From Enterobacteria phage Aplg8: DNA of 64,000 nt. The stretch is taken from sequence record NC_054902.1, one strand, 5' to 3'. This document shows, piece after piece, positions 29,240 to 39,689 of this stretch (positions are counted from its first letter, which is position 1; the number at the start of each line of letters is the position of its first letter). Under the pieces are notes generated by a model. That model was not told where the DNA came from, searched no databases, and was given only the letters and a program-made list of their open reading frames with translations. A program made the position numbers and the translations under genes.

Positions 29240-29602
29240 TTAAAAGAATTTAAACTTTTTCTTTGACCTTTTATTAAATGCATCTTGTAGTTGCATTGTA
29301 ATACATTTTTCTACATGAGGAGCTAACTCAGCTTTTCTTTCTTGGTCAAGAACAGCAAAGTCCATTACAACCTTTCCATCAACCCAATCCAGTTTAGTTA
29401 CATACACTATATGTGTAGAACCATCTTCTAGTTTAATGACAATCTCCTGGATAACATTTTCCATGGCAGATTTAATTATCTTAAGAGATTCATTAAAAAG
29501 ACGTTCTTTTCTTTCTTCTTCCCCCTCCGAAGAGGGGGATTCGTCGATAATTTCTAGATCTAAATCTAAATCATCTTTATTCATTAAATTCTTCCATATC
29601 AC
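29240..29602 (-). CDS. 40: gp40 head vertex assembly chaperone
   Basis: 120-aa ORF between uvsX and 41 as in T4; contains an internal UUCG hairpin. Confidence 0.65.
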   Translation of the reverse strand: MIWKNLMNKDDLDLDLEIIDESPSSEGEEERKERLFNESLKIIKSAMENVIQEIVIKLEDGSTHIVYVTKLDWVDGKVVMDFAVLDQERKAELAPHVEKCITMQLQDAFNKRSKKKFKFF

Positions 29603-30758
29603 TTAACTGTTCGAGGTCAGTTTCTAAATCAGCTGCTGATTTACTTTTACTTTCTGGAGATTTAAATTTTTCAACCTTTGAGTTAATCAATTCATCAACT
29701 TCAGCTTCAACAATTTCATTACTATCAATAGCACCTAATTGATAAGCACGTTTAATAGCATCTCGGAATGGTTGATGCTTAAATAAAGGACCCCAGAATG
29801 TAGTGCAGTTGGTATCTTTTGCACGCCAAGATTTTTCTTCGCGAATCATCTCGCCGGTTTCTTCGTCAAGAAATTCACGAGCATACCAGCCATTTTTAGG
29901 TTTTACTACAAATCCTAATTCTAGAGCCATATCTAACAATCCAGAATAAGGATCGATACCACCGTCAAATTTAACATCAATAAAGAATTTACTTTTTTCT
30001 TTAACGGTACGAGATTTTTCTACATTTAGAACAAATTGATACCCCTGAAGATCAGAACCATCTTTAATCTGGCGTTTACCGATAATGAATACAGTATCAG
30101 CCGAATACATTACGCCTGTACCACCTGTCATCACGGTTTTACTAAACATTTCAATTGTTTCAATTGTATGGTTAACCGCAACGCACGGAATATTTTTAAT
30201 GCTAAAATAAGGAGTAACAATACGGAATAATGACTTCAGTGATTTAGCACGAGTCATATCTGCCACAGATTTTTCATTCAAGGCATCTTCCGTTTCTTTC
30301 TTAGAAGCCATATTACCAATTGAGTCGATGAATACTATAACCTTTTCACCACGCTCAATAGCTTCAAGCTGATTCACCATATCAATTTTCAGCTGTTCAA
30401 CTGACTGGATTGGCGTATGAATTACTCGTTCCGGGTCAACTCCCATGGATCGCAAATAAGCTGGAGTAATACCAAATTCGCTATCATAGAATAGACAAAC
30501 CGCGTCAGGATATTTGTTCAAATACGCCGCAACCATAGTCAAAGACATATTTGATTTAAAGTGTTTAGAAGGACCTGCAAAAATAGTTAAACCAGACTGC
30601 ATGCCGCCATCAATCGCACCAGAAATAGCAATATTAAGCATTGGGATTTTTGTACGGATTACATCCTTTTCATTAAAGAATTTAGATGTAGTCAGTTCAG
30701 CAGTCATTTTAGAAGTGGAAGCTTTAATCAAACGGGATTTTAAATCTGCAATAGACAT
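29577..30758 (-). CDS. uvsX: UvsX recombinase (RecA-like)
   Basis: 393 aa; sequence ...KIPMLNIAISGAIDGGMQSGLTIFAGPSKHFKS... matches T4 UvsX. Confidence 0.93.
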   Translation of the reverse strand: MSIADLKSRLIKASTSKMTAELTTSKFFNEKDVIRTKIPMLNIAISGAIDGGMQSGLTIFAGPSKHFKSNMSLTMVAAYLNKYPDAVCLFYDSEFGITPAYLRSMGVDPERVIHTPIQSVEQLKIDMVNQLEAIERGEKVIVFIDSIGNMASKKETEDALNEKSVADMTRAKSLKSLFRIVTPYFSIKNIPCVAVNHTIETIEMFSKTVMTGGTGVMYSADTVFIIGKRQIKDGSDLQGYQFVLNVEKSRTVKEKSKFFIDVKFDGGIDPYSGLLDMALELGFVVKPKNGWYAREFLDEETGEMIREEKSWRAKDTNCTTFWGPLFKHQPFRDAIKRAYQLGAIDSNEIVEAEVDELINSKVEKFKSPESKSKSAADLETDLEQLSDMEEFNE

Positions 30759-30835
30759 TCATTTTTTCCATAGGCATCATTATATTTTCCTCACTGGTTA
30801 AAGATAGAGTAATTATAACACAATAAATTTAGGCA

Positions 30836-31684
30836 TTAATCAACTGCTATTGGATGAATAGCATTAAACTTATGAAATGCTTCTGATTTTTCTTTACGCG
30901 AAACACACATGCGAAGAACCTTTAATGGCTCGTCTTCTTCACCCAACGATTTTCGTTTTTCAATATTCGACGTTTTCCAACGAGCTTGCTCTGGAAACTC
31001 TCTATTGATTTGCTCAAGCGCTCTATTATGTTTAGAATTACTACGAATTGAACTACACCCACCAGGAGCTTGCGCTTTACCTGATACAACCAGATATTTG
31101 AACAAGGCCAAATGCGGATAACCTTGATTAATTAAATTGAGAAATGCATACATATCTTCGCACAAATCAATTTTTCCATACCCAATTTGTTCTGTCGTAA
31201 GTTTTCCGAGGTCATACCATGTATTCGTGAATCCATATGAATTTTCACGATAATTACCCCAAGATGAAGTAATTTTAAAAATAGGTAGACGAGCATGGCC
31301 ATGATAATACCCGCAATCCATGGCATCCTCAACATATTGAATCAATTCATAGAACTGTTCACGAGTCAATTGATTGACTTTATCTACGCAACGACGATCA
31401 TCTCTTTTTCGCATTGAACTCATACGAATAGTAGTATCATCGTCAATCATCCAGATTCGTTGGCCTGCATACATATCAGTAATTGCTTTACGAGTACCGG
31501 CAATTCCGTTTACATCATCAGGAATAGTTATAATTTTAGCTCTAGACCCATAGGCATCATAATAAGCTTTTTCTTCATGTTCACGCACTACAATATGGGG
31601 TTCATAATCAGTCGGAAACATATCAAGGGCAGAAACTGCCCCTACACGTTGATAACTTGGAATTACGAATTGAATCATTTCCAC
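30836..31684 (-). CDS. GT-A fold glycosyltransferase, probable beta-glucosyl-HMC-alpha-glucosyltransferase (T2/T6-type)
   Basis: 282 aa with DxD-like IDDDT motif; occupies uvsX-42 slot where T4 has 351-aa beta-gt. Confidence 0.6.
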   Translation of the reverse strand: MEMIQFVIPSYQRVGAVSALDMFPTDYEPHIVVREHEEKAYYDAYGSRAKIITIPDDVNGIAGTRKAITDMYAGQRIWMIDDDTTIRMSSMRKRDDRRCVDKVNQLTREQFYELIQYVEDAMDCGYYHGHARLPIFKITSSWGNYRENSYGFTNTWYDLGKLTTEQIGYGKIDLCEDMYAFLNLINQGYPHLALFKYLVVSGKAQAPGGCSSIRSNSKHNRALEQINREFPEQARWKTSNIEKRKSLGEEDEPLKVLRMCVSRKEKSEAFHKFNAIHPIAVD

Positions 31685-32415
31685 TCACCGTTATAATCTT
31701 TTTTCACAATATGAGTTTCGCCAGTATTCCACCAATGATCAACCAAGTAAAAATGACGAGAATATACATGAAGACTTCCAACATTCCATATAATAGAACC
31801 TGCTTTATACTGACGAGTTGAATCGCCGGCATTCAAATCAGATACTAATTTATCTAATACGTATTTTTGCCATGCATAATCATTACGGAATCCGAAGACC
31901 ACGTCATTTGAGCGCATGCTTACTACTGCATTGACTTTCTTATCACGAATCAGGTACTGTACTGTATTAGTACACATGAAATCTGACATACCATCTTTAT
32001 TGTAGTCAAATTGCATGGATGGACGAGTATAAATCATGATACCACGTCGAGAATCAGGATTTTGACCAAGTTCAGCTAAACACATATCATACTGGGCATA
32101 GTTATCTTCTGACCAAATAGCCCAACCATAATTCGAGTTAATTTCGCCTTTAGAAGATGCTACCTGCTGCCAAATCTTTGGTGTTTCGCCTGGAATATCT
32201 TTGACAAACAGACTTTGAGACTTGTACCATTCAAGTTCACGCTGAATGTATTCATCATTAAGAGCGCCAAAAATAAAGGGTTCATCTGCTACAAATGATG
32301 CGCCAATAATTTCAATAGTTTTAACACCGGTTTTATCAACTACGAAATCTTTTTCTTTTAATGCAAGCCCCAAATGAAGACGGATTTCTTCAACTGTCAT
32401 AGAGTCACTAATCAT
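31675..32415 (-). CDS. 42: gp42 dCMP hydroxymethylase
   Basis: 246 aa (T4 gp42 length); thymidylate-synthase-like fold. Confidence 0.88.
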   Translation of the reverse strand: MISDSMTVEEIRLHLGLALKEKDFVVDKTGVKTIEIIGASFVADEPFIFGALNDEYIQRELEWYKSQSLFVKDIPGETPKIWQQVASSKGEINSNYGWAIWSEDNYAQYDMCLAELGQNPDSRRGIMIYTRPSMQFDYNKDGMSDFMCTNTVQYLIRDKKVNAVVSMRSNDVVFGFRNDYAWQKYVLDKLVSDLNAGDSTRQYKAGSIIWNVGSLHVYSRHFYLVDHWWNTGETHIVKKDYNGEWK

Positions 32416-32568
32416 TTAAACCTCAATTGATACATTCATATTTAAATTGTAACAGTAATAAACCCCACCCTATGATAAGAGTTGGAATCATAGCAGGAAC
32501 TGTTACGCTATAGTATATACTTATTATAACCATCAAGATTAAAAGCAACACTGTTATAATTTTGCTTT

Positions 32569-32820
32569 TCATTCTTTCTCTCTGATGATAATTACCTGAT
32601 TTGGCTGTGCAGACTTTTTAGTTTCACCAGCAATTGACCAAATAAATGTAATAAACCAACCAATAATTGACCAGTTAAACAGTAAAGATGTGAAAAAGAT
32701 TCCTACTGTCGATTTTGACCCACGCATCAAGGCGATAAACCATGGAAGCATGTATATAATAATAGCCAACACACCTGAAACTAAAACCATAAAAATTGAA
32801 CCTGCTACTAAAGTTTCCAT
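32569..32820 (-). CDS. imm: Imm superinfection immunity membrane protein
   Basis: 83 aa with two TM helices; between 42 and 43 as in T4. Confidence 0.7.
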   Translation of the reverse strand: METLVAGSIFMVLVSGVLAIIIYMLPWFIALMRGSKSTVGIFFTSLLFNWSIIGWFITFIWSIAGETKKSAQPNQVIIIREKE

Positions 32821-32827
32821 GTTTTCC

Positions 32828-33208
32828 TCACTTAGTCAAATTTTTTACACATGAATTATAAGAATTCACTACATACTCCATCGGAGCATTTTTACCAGTA
32901 CGCCATTGGTAATTATTAGCCCAATTAGCCCAAATTTCGGCGCAGTAGTTTTCAATTTTTTCTTCGCGTGTAATTACATCAGAATTACGATATGCTTGAG
33001 CAGATTCATCTGGACGAATAGCTTCGTCAAAATTCGCCTGCATTTGTTCGACTGTTTGCTTTGGAGCTTCTTTATAACACTTGACATTAGGATTATAAAA
33101 TTTGCTTGAACAGTTTACAATTTTTCCTACATCAGACTGATTTACTACCGGTCCTTGAGCTATACAACCAGTAAGACCTAATGCAATAACCAAAATAGCG
33201 ATTTTCAT
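32828..33208 (-). CDS. putative lipoprotein
   Basis: 126 aa; signal peptide with lipobox LTGC. Confidence 0.55.
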   Translation of the reverse strand: MKIAILVIALGLTGCIAQGPVVNQSDVGKIVNCSSKFYNPNVKCYKEAPKQTVEQMQANFDEAIRPDESAQAYRNSDVITREEKIENYCAEIWANWANNYQWRTGKNAPMEYVVNSYNSCVKNLTK

Positions 33209-33218
33209 AATAATTTCC

Positions 33219-33455
33219 TCAAATGCAAGTAGTAATTACTCCAGTAGTGCTTATGCAGGTATTACCCATTTGCACACCTAAAGATCCATTTGTATTCACA
33301 TGAAGATTATCATCAATTTTAACTGATATTTTACCATTAGTGTGAATAACGGTGCTAGATTCAATCACAGGTTGAGTATCATTTTCAACACTAACAAATG
33401 GAACTGCTGCTAATGCAACTAAACAAACTGCTAAGCATCCCATAACAATTTTCAT
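33219..33455 (-). CDS. secreted/membrane-anchored small protein
   Basis: 78 aa from MKIVMGCLAVCLVALAAVPFVSV; N-terminal signal sequence. Confidence 0.5.
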   Translation of the reverse strand: MKIVMGCLAVCLVALAAVPFVSVENDTQPVIESSTVIHTNGKISVKIDDNLHVNTNGSLGVQMGNTCISTTGVITTCI

Positions 33456-33489
33456 TTTATTCTCCAAATCCGTATTAGTTGATAGTTGT

Positions 33490-33519
33490 ATAGTACCATG
33501 GAAGAACAGTCTTGTAAAC
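33490..33519 (-). promoter_or_regulatory. early promoter
   Basis: GTTTAC (33519..33514) - 18 bp - TACTAT (33495..33490); conserved leader. Confidence 0.55.
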
Positions 33520-33599
33520 AGTTTTGTGAAAATTTTTTAGGGAATTCTAAAGGTCCAGAATCATCTGTTTTTCATAAGTATAGATTTATATTACTTGTA

Positions 33600-33623
33600 T
33601 GAAAAAGGGACCCGGAGGTCCCC
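33600..33623 (-). terminator. terminator-like hairpin after gene 43
   Basis: gggacc-cgga-ggtccc stem-loop 33607..33622 followed on mRNA by UUUUUC. Confidence 0.5.
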
Positions 33624-33635
33624 AGATTTATTCTA

Positions 33636-36332
33636 TCAGCCAAACAGGAAGTCTAACGAAGCTTTTTCTTCATAGTCCATACCAGCCGATTCACACATAC
33701 CCGCAAGCGGTTTAACAAACGATTTTTGGAACAAAGTTGAGTAGTCAATCCAAGACAGTACGTCAGAACGAATTTCTTTTGGAAGTTCTGTGCCCGACGG
33801 CCAAGCAATACACTTGTCACCAAATGGATTTCCTTCACGTAATGGAAGAACCATTACTTTATTTCCATCCAAAATTGGAGCTACACCCAGACCATTAACA
33901 GCTCGACGATAAGTTAGCACACCACGAATATGGAACGGGCATTTAAATCCTGGCCAACCTTTATCATCATATTTCGCTATATCGTTCGCAGTTTTTACTT
34001 CAGCAATAACTTTATAGTCAAGTTGACGATATTCTTTCTCGAAGTTCTTGTAATATTCTTGGACAGACTCTTCACCTTCCTGAAGAATACGACGAATACT
34101 TTCTTCGAGAGCTTCTTGCACTGCTTTTGGTGTTGAACTCTGCTGAGTTTCCATACCCATGATTTTTAGATGCGGTTCAGCAAATCGCTTATCTTCCATA
34201 TCATAAACGTTCAGAGCATAACGCTTTTTCGCTTTCCAAAATCCGCCAACGCCTTTTGAACCAAGTGGAGGGCAAGAAATAGCTTCACGGTCCATATGCA
34301 TCAGATGCTCGCGGTTATTCATATAATCACATAACTCACGATATGCAACATCAATCATAGGTTCCATCTTTTTCTTACCGAACTGATTCATGAATTCAAC
34401 TAAATCGTTCTGCTCTTTGAATCGGTCAAGACCAACTTTTTCAATAACTTTATCTACACAAACATATACCGAATCAGTATCACCTGCTGCGATGAAATCT
34501 TCGCCATTAGTTCCACATACTTTATTCAGATACTCATTAATTTTACGAGCAATCCACTGAATACCGACTTGACCAAAAATTGTAATAGCAGTAGCATTTC
34601 GCAAATCATAGTAGCGGAAATGAATATTACCAAGAGCACCGTAAAGGCTGTTAATAAGAATTTTACGGTTCAGCTGATTTGTATTAGCAAGTGTAGCCGC
34701 TTTTTCACATTCTTCAATCAAACTATTGAGAACAGATTCAGTATAATTCGATAGTTCATTTAAGAAATCATCACTGAACTTAACATATCGTTCAACTTCA
34801 GGTTTAGTTGAACAAGACCCTGCGCCTTTCATAATAATCTTTTTAATAGCTTCGGCATTCATTTCTTCAGCGAACATTTTCTTTTTCCAATCTTTACGCT
34901 GGAAAAATACTTTAGCGATTTCCTTTGGAATGATACCTTCTTGATGCTTATCATACATCCATCCATTCGGAGAACAAGAATATTCATCACTCGGTTTAGG
35001 AGCTGTTCCTGCGATATATTCATGAATTGGATGAACTTTAAACTGCCCACGAATAGTCTCAGGACTAATGTTAACCTGACGAATAATGCTCGGATACAGA
35101 GACGTCAAGTCAAAACTCATAATATATCGACGAGCAATTGGTTTAGGTTCAAACACAAATGCACCCGGAAAACTCTGTTTAACATGCGAACCTTGTTGAG
35201 GAATAACCTTATGTTCACCTTTCAATGAGTTAAAAATAATAGCATCCCAGGTTTTAATAGGACTCATTACACCGGAAAAAGGCATTTTAGCGTAATAAGA
35301 CATACTTAAAACTAGATCGATAAACCCGCGAATTTTATCAATTGCTTGAACTGATTCTACGTCAATGATGTTATAACTAATGTATCGTTGATGATTAGTC
35401 TCACGAAGTTTATTAATAGGACCGTCGTATGGTAATTTACCTTTTTTGGTTTCATGTTGAGCAACTGATTCCAAAGAGAATGACGGCAAATTAGTAAAAG
35501 CGAATTTCTTGTACAAATCTAAATAATCAAGAATAGATACGCCATCAATAGAATAAATTTCTTTGCTACCGTACATATTTTGAATTAATTTAGATTTTAC
35601 TCGACCGATTGGAGAGAAGCGTTTCATACTACGTTCACCGAGAACCATTTTAACGCGATTCATGATATACGGAACGTCAAATCCCTCAATATTCCAACCG
35701 GTAAAAATAGCAGGTCGTTTCTGTTCCCAAAGATTAATATATTCCATGAGCATATCACGCTCATTATCGAATGGCATATAAATTACTCGGTCAAGAATTT
35801 CTTGAGGAACTTCATCACCACCTTCACAGTCAAGCTTAGCAGCTAACTTTGCATCCCATTTTGATACTGAACCATACATTGAATTCAAAAGGTCGAAAAC
35901 ATAAAAACGATCATCAATTGAATCGTAATGAGTGATAGCATCAATTTCATATTCAGCTTTCATTGGGTCAGGAAATTTATCACCAGTAACCTCAATGTCA
36001 CAGTTAGCTACACGAACAAATTTTCGGTCATAAACAATTTCTGAACCGTATGTATCACTGATATAAGCGAGTTTAAAATCGTTCATACCGAGAGCTTCGA
36101 GACCGATGTCTTCCATTCGTTTCATCCAATCTCGAGCATCTTTCATTGATGAAAATTTTTGAGGAGCGCAATTTTTACCATAGATGTCTTTGTACTTTGA
36201 CTCTTCCTTACAATGCCTAAACATAGTCGGAAGATATTCTACTTCACGAGTACGTTCCTTTCCGTTTTCATCAATATAACGTTCAACAATGTTATTTCCG
36301 ACTGTTTCGATAGAGATATAAAATTCTTTCAT
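33636..36332 (-). CDS. 43: gp43 DNA polymerase (family B)
   Basis: 898 aa (T4 gp43 length); MKEFYISIETVGNNIVERYIDENGKERTREVEYLPTMF N-terminus; exo and pol motifs (YGDTDS). Confidence 0.95.
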   Translation of the reverse strand: MKEFYISIETVGNNIVERYIDENGKERTREVEYLPTMFRHCKEESKYKDIYGKNCAPQKFSSMKDARDWMKRMEDIGLEALGMNDFKLAYISDTYGSEIVYDRKFVRVANCDIEVTGDKFPDPMKAEYEIDAITHYDSIDDRFYVFDLLNSMYGSVSKWDAKLAAKLDCEGGDEVPQEILDRVIYMPFDNERDMLMEYINLWEQKRPAIFTGWNIEGFDVPYIMNRVKMVLGERSMKRFSPIGRVKSKLIQNMYGSKEIYSIDGVSILDYLDLYKKFAFTNLPSFSLESVAQHETKKGKLPYDGPINKLRETNHQRYISYNIIDVESVQAIDKIRGFIDLVLSMSYYAKMPFSGVMSPIKTWDAIIFNSLKGEHKVIPQQGSHVKQSFPGAFVFEPKPIARRYIMSFDLTSLYPSIIRQVNISPETIRGQFKVHPIHEYIAGTAPKPSDEYSCSPNGWMYDKHQEGIIPKEIAKVFFQRKDWKKKMFAEEMNAEAIKKIIMKGAGSCSTKPEVERYVKFSDDFLNELSNYTESVLNSLIEECEKAATLANTNQLNRKILINSLYGALGNIHFRYYDLRNATAITIFGQVGIQWIARKINEYLNKVCGTNGEDFIAAGDTDSVYVCVDKVIEKVGLDRFKEQNDLVEFMNQFGKKKMEPMIDVAYRELCDYMNNREHLMHMDREAISCPPLGSKGVGGFWKAKKRYALNVYDMEDKRFAEPHLKIMGMETQQSSTPKAVQEALEESIRRILQEGEESVQEYYKNFEKEYRQLDYKVIAEVKTANDIAKYDDKGWPGFKCPFHIRGVLTYRRAVNGLGVAPILDGNKVMVLPLREGNPFGDKCIAWPSGTELPKEIRSDVLSWIDYSTLFQKSFVKPLAGMCESAGMDYEEKASLDFLFG

Positions 36333-36350
36333 AGATATTCCTTAGTTTAT

Positions 36351-36368
36351 AGCCCGAGTTATTAGGCT
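36351..36368 (-). promoter_or_regulatory. gene 43 translational operator hairpin
   Basis: mRNA GAGCCUAAUAACUCGGGCUAUAAACUAAGGAAUAUCUAUG: 5-bp stem, 8-nt loop abutting SD. Confidence 0.65.
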
Positions 36369-36392
36369 CTTGATATATTATACTCCAAATAA

Positions 36393-36406
36393 GGGGCCGA
36401 AGCCCC
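36393..36406 (-). other. UUCG-tetraloop RNA hairpin between regA and 43
   Basis: ggggc-cgaa-gcccc inverted repeat; TATAAT -10 element follows at 36382..36377 (minus). Confidence 0.6.
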
Positions 36407-36410
36407 TTGC

Positions 36411-36779
36411 TTAATTACCAATCGTATATTTAGGAACGAGTTTCCATTCATGTTTTTGTTTAAAAGAAATAACTCGGAAGTTATTAGTTAAATCTTTCAT
36501 AAAAGTTCTTTGACCAGGAACGATTTCAATCAGTCCCCAATCTTCTAACAACCATGCAATCGAATCACGACGAACTTCATCTTCTTCTGTCATTTCAACT
36601 TGACGGCCATCCATACGAAGCATTTCTTTAAAATGAACGATATAGTATAGTCCTTTTTTCTGAAGAATATGACAGGACTGATACAGAACTTTATCTTTAT
36701 TATTAGCAATTCCCATACGAGTCAAAGTTTCTTTTACTTTCAGAAAATCTTCAGGTTTTTTAAGAGTAATTTCAATCAT
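36411..36779 (-). CDS. regA: RegA translational repressor
   Basis: 122 aa (T4 RegA length); position between 43 and 62. Confidence 0.85.
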   Translation of the reverse strand: MIEITLKKPEDFLKVKETLTRMGIANNKDKVLYQSCHILQKKGLYYIVHFKEMLRMDGRQVEMTEEDEVRRDSIAWLLEDWGLIEIVPGQRTFMKDLTNNFRVISFKQKHEWKLVPKYTIGN

Positions 36780-36780
36780 T

Positions 36781-37344
36781 TTACCATTCCAATGCTAGTT
36801 TTTTGAGTTGTTTCTGTTCTTTTACGTTCTTAGTCACTTCTTTCAAAAAATCATCCGTGACTAAACCTTTTAGTTCTTTTAATACTAAAGGAAGTTTTCC
36901 ATTTTTAGTAAGAATTGATTTATAGTTAATTGCATCATTTGTATTAACTTGATACCGCTTAGCAAGTAACTTAATAATCAATACTTCGGTGGAATCTTCA
37001 ACTAGTTTTGCCCATTTACCATATCTTTTACCACGAGGAACTGCAGCCATTAGATAATTAAAATGGGCTTCATCACTTAAGCCTGATCCAATTAAATTCA
37101 TAGCATATACGGCTGGCATGCACTCTGGAAATTGTGATAATGCATTTTCAACCATGAATTTTGAATAATCTTTTTGAGCAATAGAGCATTTAGTTTTATT
37201 ATTAATAGCTCCAATTATTTCAAAAAATTCATTTTCAGCTTTTTCTTTAAAAGAATCAGCAGCGGATTGGACAGCTGTCCAATCTTTAGAATACCAAGCA
37301 ACTTGATGCTCGTTTAATTGAATATCATCTTCAAATAAGCTCAT
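36781..37344 (-). CDS. 62: gp62 clamp loader small subunit
   Basis: 187 aa from [22 protein letters not shown]. Confidence 0.9.
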   Translation of the reverse strand: MSLFEDDIQLNEHQVAWYSKDWTAVQSAADSFKEKAENEFFEIIGAINNKTKCSIAQKDYSKFMVENALSQFPECMPAVYAMNLIGSGLSDEAHFNYLMAAVPRGKRYGKWAKLVEDSTEVLIIKLLAKRYQVNTNDAINYKSILTKNGKLPLVLKELKGLVTDDFLKEVTKNVKEQKQLKKLALEW

Positions 37345-37345
37345 A

Positions 37346-38305
37346 TCACTTCCACTGCATTTCACATGCTAACTGAATGAAAAGATAAGCTAAATGCAAT
37401 TCAGTATTAGCTGCAATACCATGATACTGATTATTTTCGCCGACAATTTCGTACATACGAATAATACTCTGTGGAGTTACACGTGAATAGATTTCTTCGG
37501 CAAGTTTACCCACGAACCACGAATAATCGGCTGCATATTTTGGTGCTAAAGCTCTGAGTTGTTTAACATCTTTATTTTTGAGAGACTCAAGAACATCATC
37601 AATAGCACCACGATCGTTAGTAACCAGTGATAAAATACCAGCATCCAAAACACCTTTAGATGAATAACTATCGAGCTCGCCAATAGTTTTACGAAAATCA
37701 GGAAAATTCTTTTTAACCAAAGCTGCTACAACTTTCATATCAGCTATAGCAATACCTTCATGTTTACAGATTTCAGTCAATCGACGAATCATCTGCTTCA
37801 TCATTTCAATTTTATCTTCATCGGTCGGTTGACCGAACGTAATAACTCGGCAGCGTGACTGAAGTGGTTTAATAATACCATCAATATTGTTAGCAGTAAT
37901 AATAATACTACAGTTCGAACTATAAGCTTCCATAAAGGAACGAAGATGTCGCTGAGACTCTGCTAATCCTGAGCGGTCAAATTCATCAATAACGATTACT
38001 TTTTGACGCCCATCAAATGAAGCGGCGCTAGCAAAATTAGTCAAAGGACCACGAACGAAATCAATTTTACAGTCTGATCCATTTACAAACATCATATCAG
38101 CATTTACATCATGACACAATGCTTTCGCTACAGTTGTTTTACCTGTTCCTGGAGAAGGAGAATGAAGAATAATATGTGGAATCTTACCTTTACTTGTAAT
38201 AGATTTAAAGGTTTCTTTATCAAAGGCGGGAAGAATACATTCATCGATAGTAGATGGACGATATTTCTGTTCAAGAATGTGTTCTTTTTCATTTACGGTA
38301 ATCAT
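37346..38305 (-). CDS. 44: gp44 clamp loader ATPase subunit (RFC-like AAA+)
   Basis: 319 aa from [22 protein letters not shown]; Walker A GTGKTT. Confidence 0.92.
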
Positions 38306-38340
38306 AATTTCCTCATTCAAGTTTTAGTGTAAATTATAAA

Positions 38341-38352
38341 GGGCCGAAGCCC
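38341..38352 (-). other. UUCG-tetraloop RNA hairpin between 45 and 44
   Basis: gggc-cgaa-gccc inverted repeat. Confidence 0.55.
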
Positions 38353-38356
38353 TCTA

Positions 38357-39043
38357 TTAAAAATCGTGGGTAGAATCAGCTTCAAGAGCTACTACATAAT
38401 TCGCGTGTTCACCTTCAAATTTAGCAGCACCTTGTTTACCTTTTGCCCAGAGCAGAAGTTTATAATTTCCTGGTTGCATTTTCATATTTGCCATATTGAT
38501 AATGAAATTAAATGTATTTTCACCATCATAATCACCAAGAGTCAAAGAATATTTAACACGGGTAAGAGCAGAATCTTCTACTTTATTAAAACCGTTAATT
38601 ACGATTTTACCTTCTTTTACCGTGATAGCAATTGTATCAATCTGCAGACCACGAGATACACGCAACAGCTGTTGAAGGTCTTCAGCTTTAATTTCAGTAA
38701 CAACAGATGCTACCGGGAATGGAATTGGTTTATTAGGAGCAACTACTGTACTCGGATCGGCTGCTGGCCAAAAAATTGTTGAACGGGCATCAGCAATTTT
38801 AATATTACCATCTTCTGACTGGGAAATTTCTGCATCGTCATTAACTAGAGACAGAATACCGAGAAAACCGTTCAAATCGTAAATCGCTACATCAAAATCA
38901 ATAGTGTCAGAAATATTTGCTTCCGCATAAGTTGTACCATTAACTGCGCGAGTCATAATAAATTGACCGGATTTAAGCATAATACCAGAGTTAATAGTAG
39001 CGAAATTTTTAAGCAGAGCAGTAGTATCTTTAGACAGTTTCAT
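38357..39043 (-). CDS. 45: gp45 sliding clamp
   Basis: 228 aa (T4 gp45 length); MKLSKDTTALLKNFATINSGIML N-terminus. Confidence 0.92.
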   Translation of the reverse strand: MKLSKDTTALLKNFATINSGIMLKSGQFIMTRAVNGTTYAEANISDTIDFDVAIYDLNGFLGILSLVNDDAEISQSEDGNIKIADARSTIFWPAADPSTVVAPNKPIPFPVASVVTEIKAEDLQQLLRVSRGLQIDTIAITVKEGKIVINGFNKVEDSALTRVKYSLTLGDYDGENTFNFIINMANMKMQPGNYKLLLWAKGKQGAAKFEGEHANYVVALEADSTHDF

Positions 39044-39098
39044 GTAATTTCCTTCAATTCAAATGAGATTTAATTTTATAACTAATTTAATAAAGCAA

Positions 39099-39488
39099 TT
39101 AACGATTAAAATCAGCCGCAATTGTTTCCGCAACAATTTGAGCAGCAACAATTAGACGTTCATCTGCATTACCACAATAATCATCTTCAAGGCGTTCACC
39201 ACATGAAGTCATAATAAATTTAGCACCGGCGTTTAGAGATTCTGTAGTATGTTTGCGCATTAGTTCAATCCATTTATTACTTACTTCACGATCGATAGCT
39301 TCATAATACGCATGACGAGCAGGTGCAGATTTAATTTTGTTCTGAATAACTTCCATTGCGTTATCAGAAAGAGACAAAACCCATGCTCGACGGATTTTAT
39401 TTTGGTTTTGTGGATTTGATTCAGAACGCACGTGTTTTGGCTGAATATCTTTTACATCAACAGTATAATTCACAGTAATTTTAGTCAT
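39099..39488 (-). CDS. rpbA: RpbA RNA polymerase-binding protein
   Basis: 129 aa (T4 RpbA length), immediately after 45. Confidence 0.75.
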
Positions 39489-39497
39489 AATACACCT

Positions 39498-39689
39498 TTA
39501 GTCATAATAATCAGTAACAGTCCAAGCTTCATTTCTATTGGACATTATTTTTGTATATTCTGCTTTAAATGCATTCCTAAGCATATATTCAGTAACTATA
39601 TGCTCTTCATTAGAAAAATTATTTCTCAGAATATATCGTTTTATTTCAGGAAAAGTTAATAGATGCTGTCCAGTTGAATATTCTGCCAC
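39498..39689 (-). CDS. hypothetical protein (45.2 position)
   Basis: 63-aa ORF. Confidence 0.5.
   Translation of the reverse strand: MAEYSTGQHLLTFPEIKRYILRNNFSNEEHIVTEYMLRNAFKAEYTKIMSNRNEAWTVTDYYD

Noticed and set aside
38366-38782. Long plus-strand ORFs antisense to minus-strand genes (for example 38366..38782 in gene 45, 41492..41875 in gene 46, 3341..3691 in gene 52, 53027..53419, 12296..12712)
   Set aside because: They lie wholly inside well-supported minus-strand genes, lack SD sequences and are AT-rich antisense artefacts; only the two intergenic plus-strand ORFs (24929..25129, 39741..40457) have start signals.
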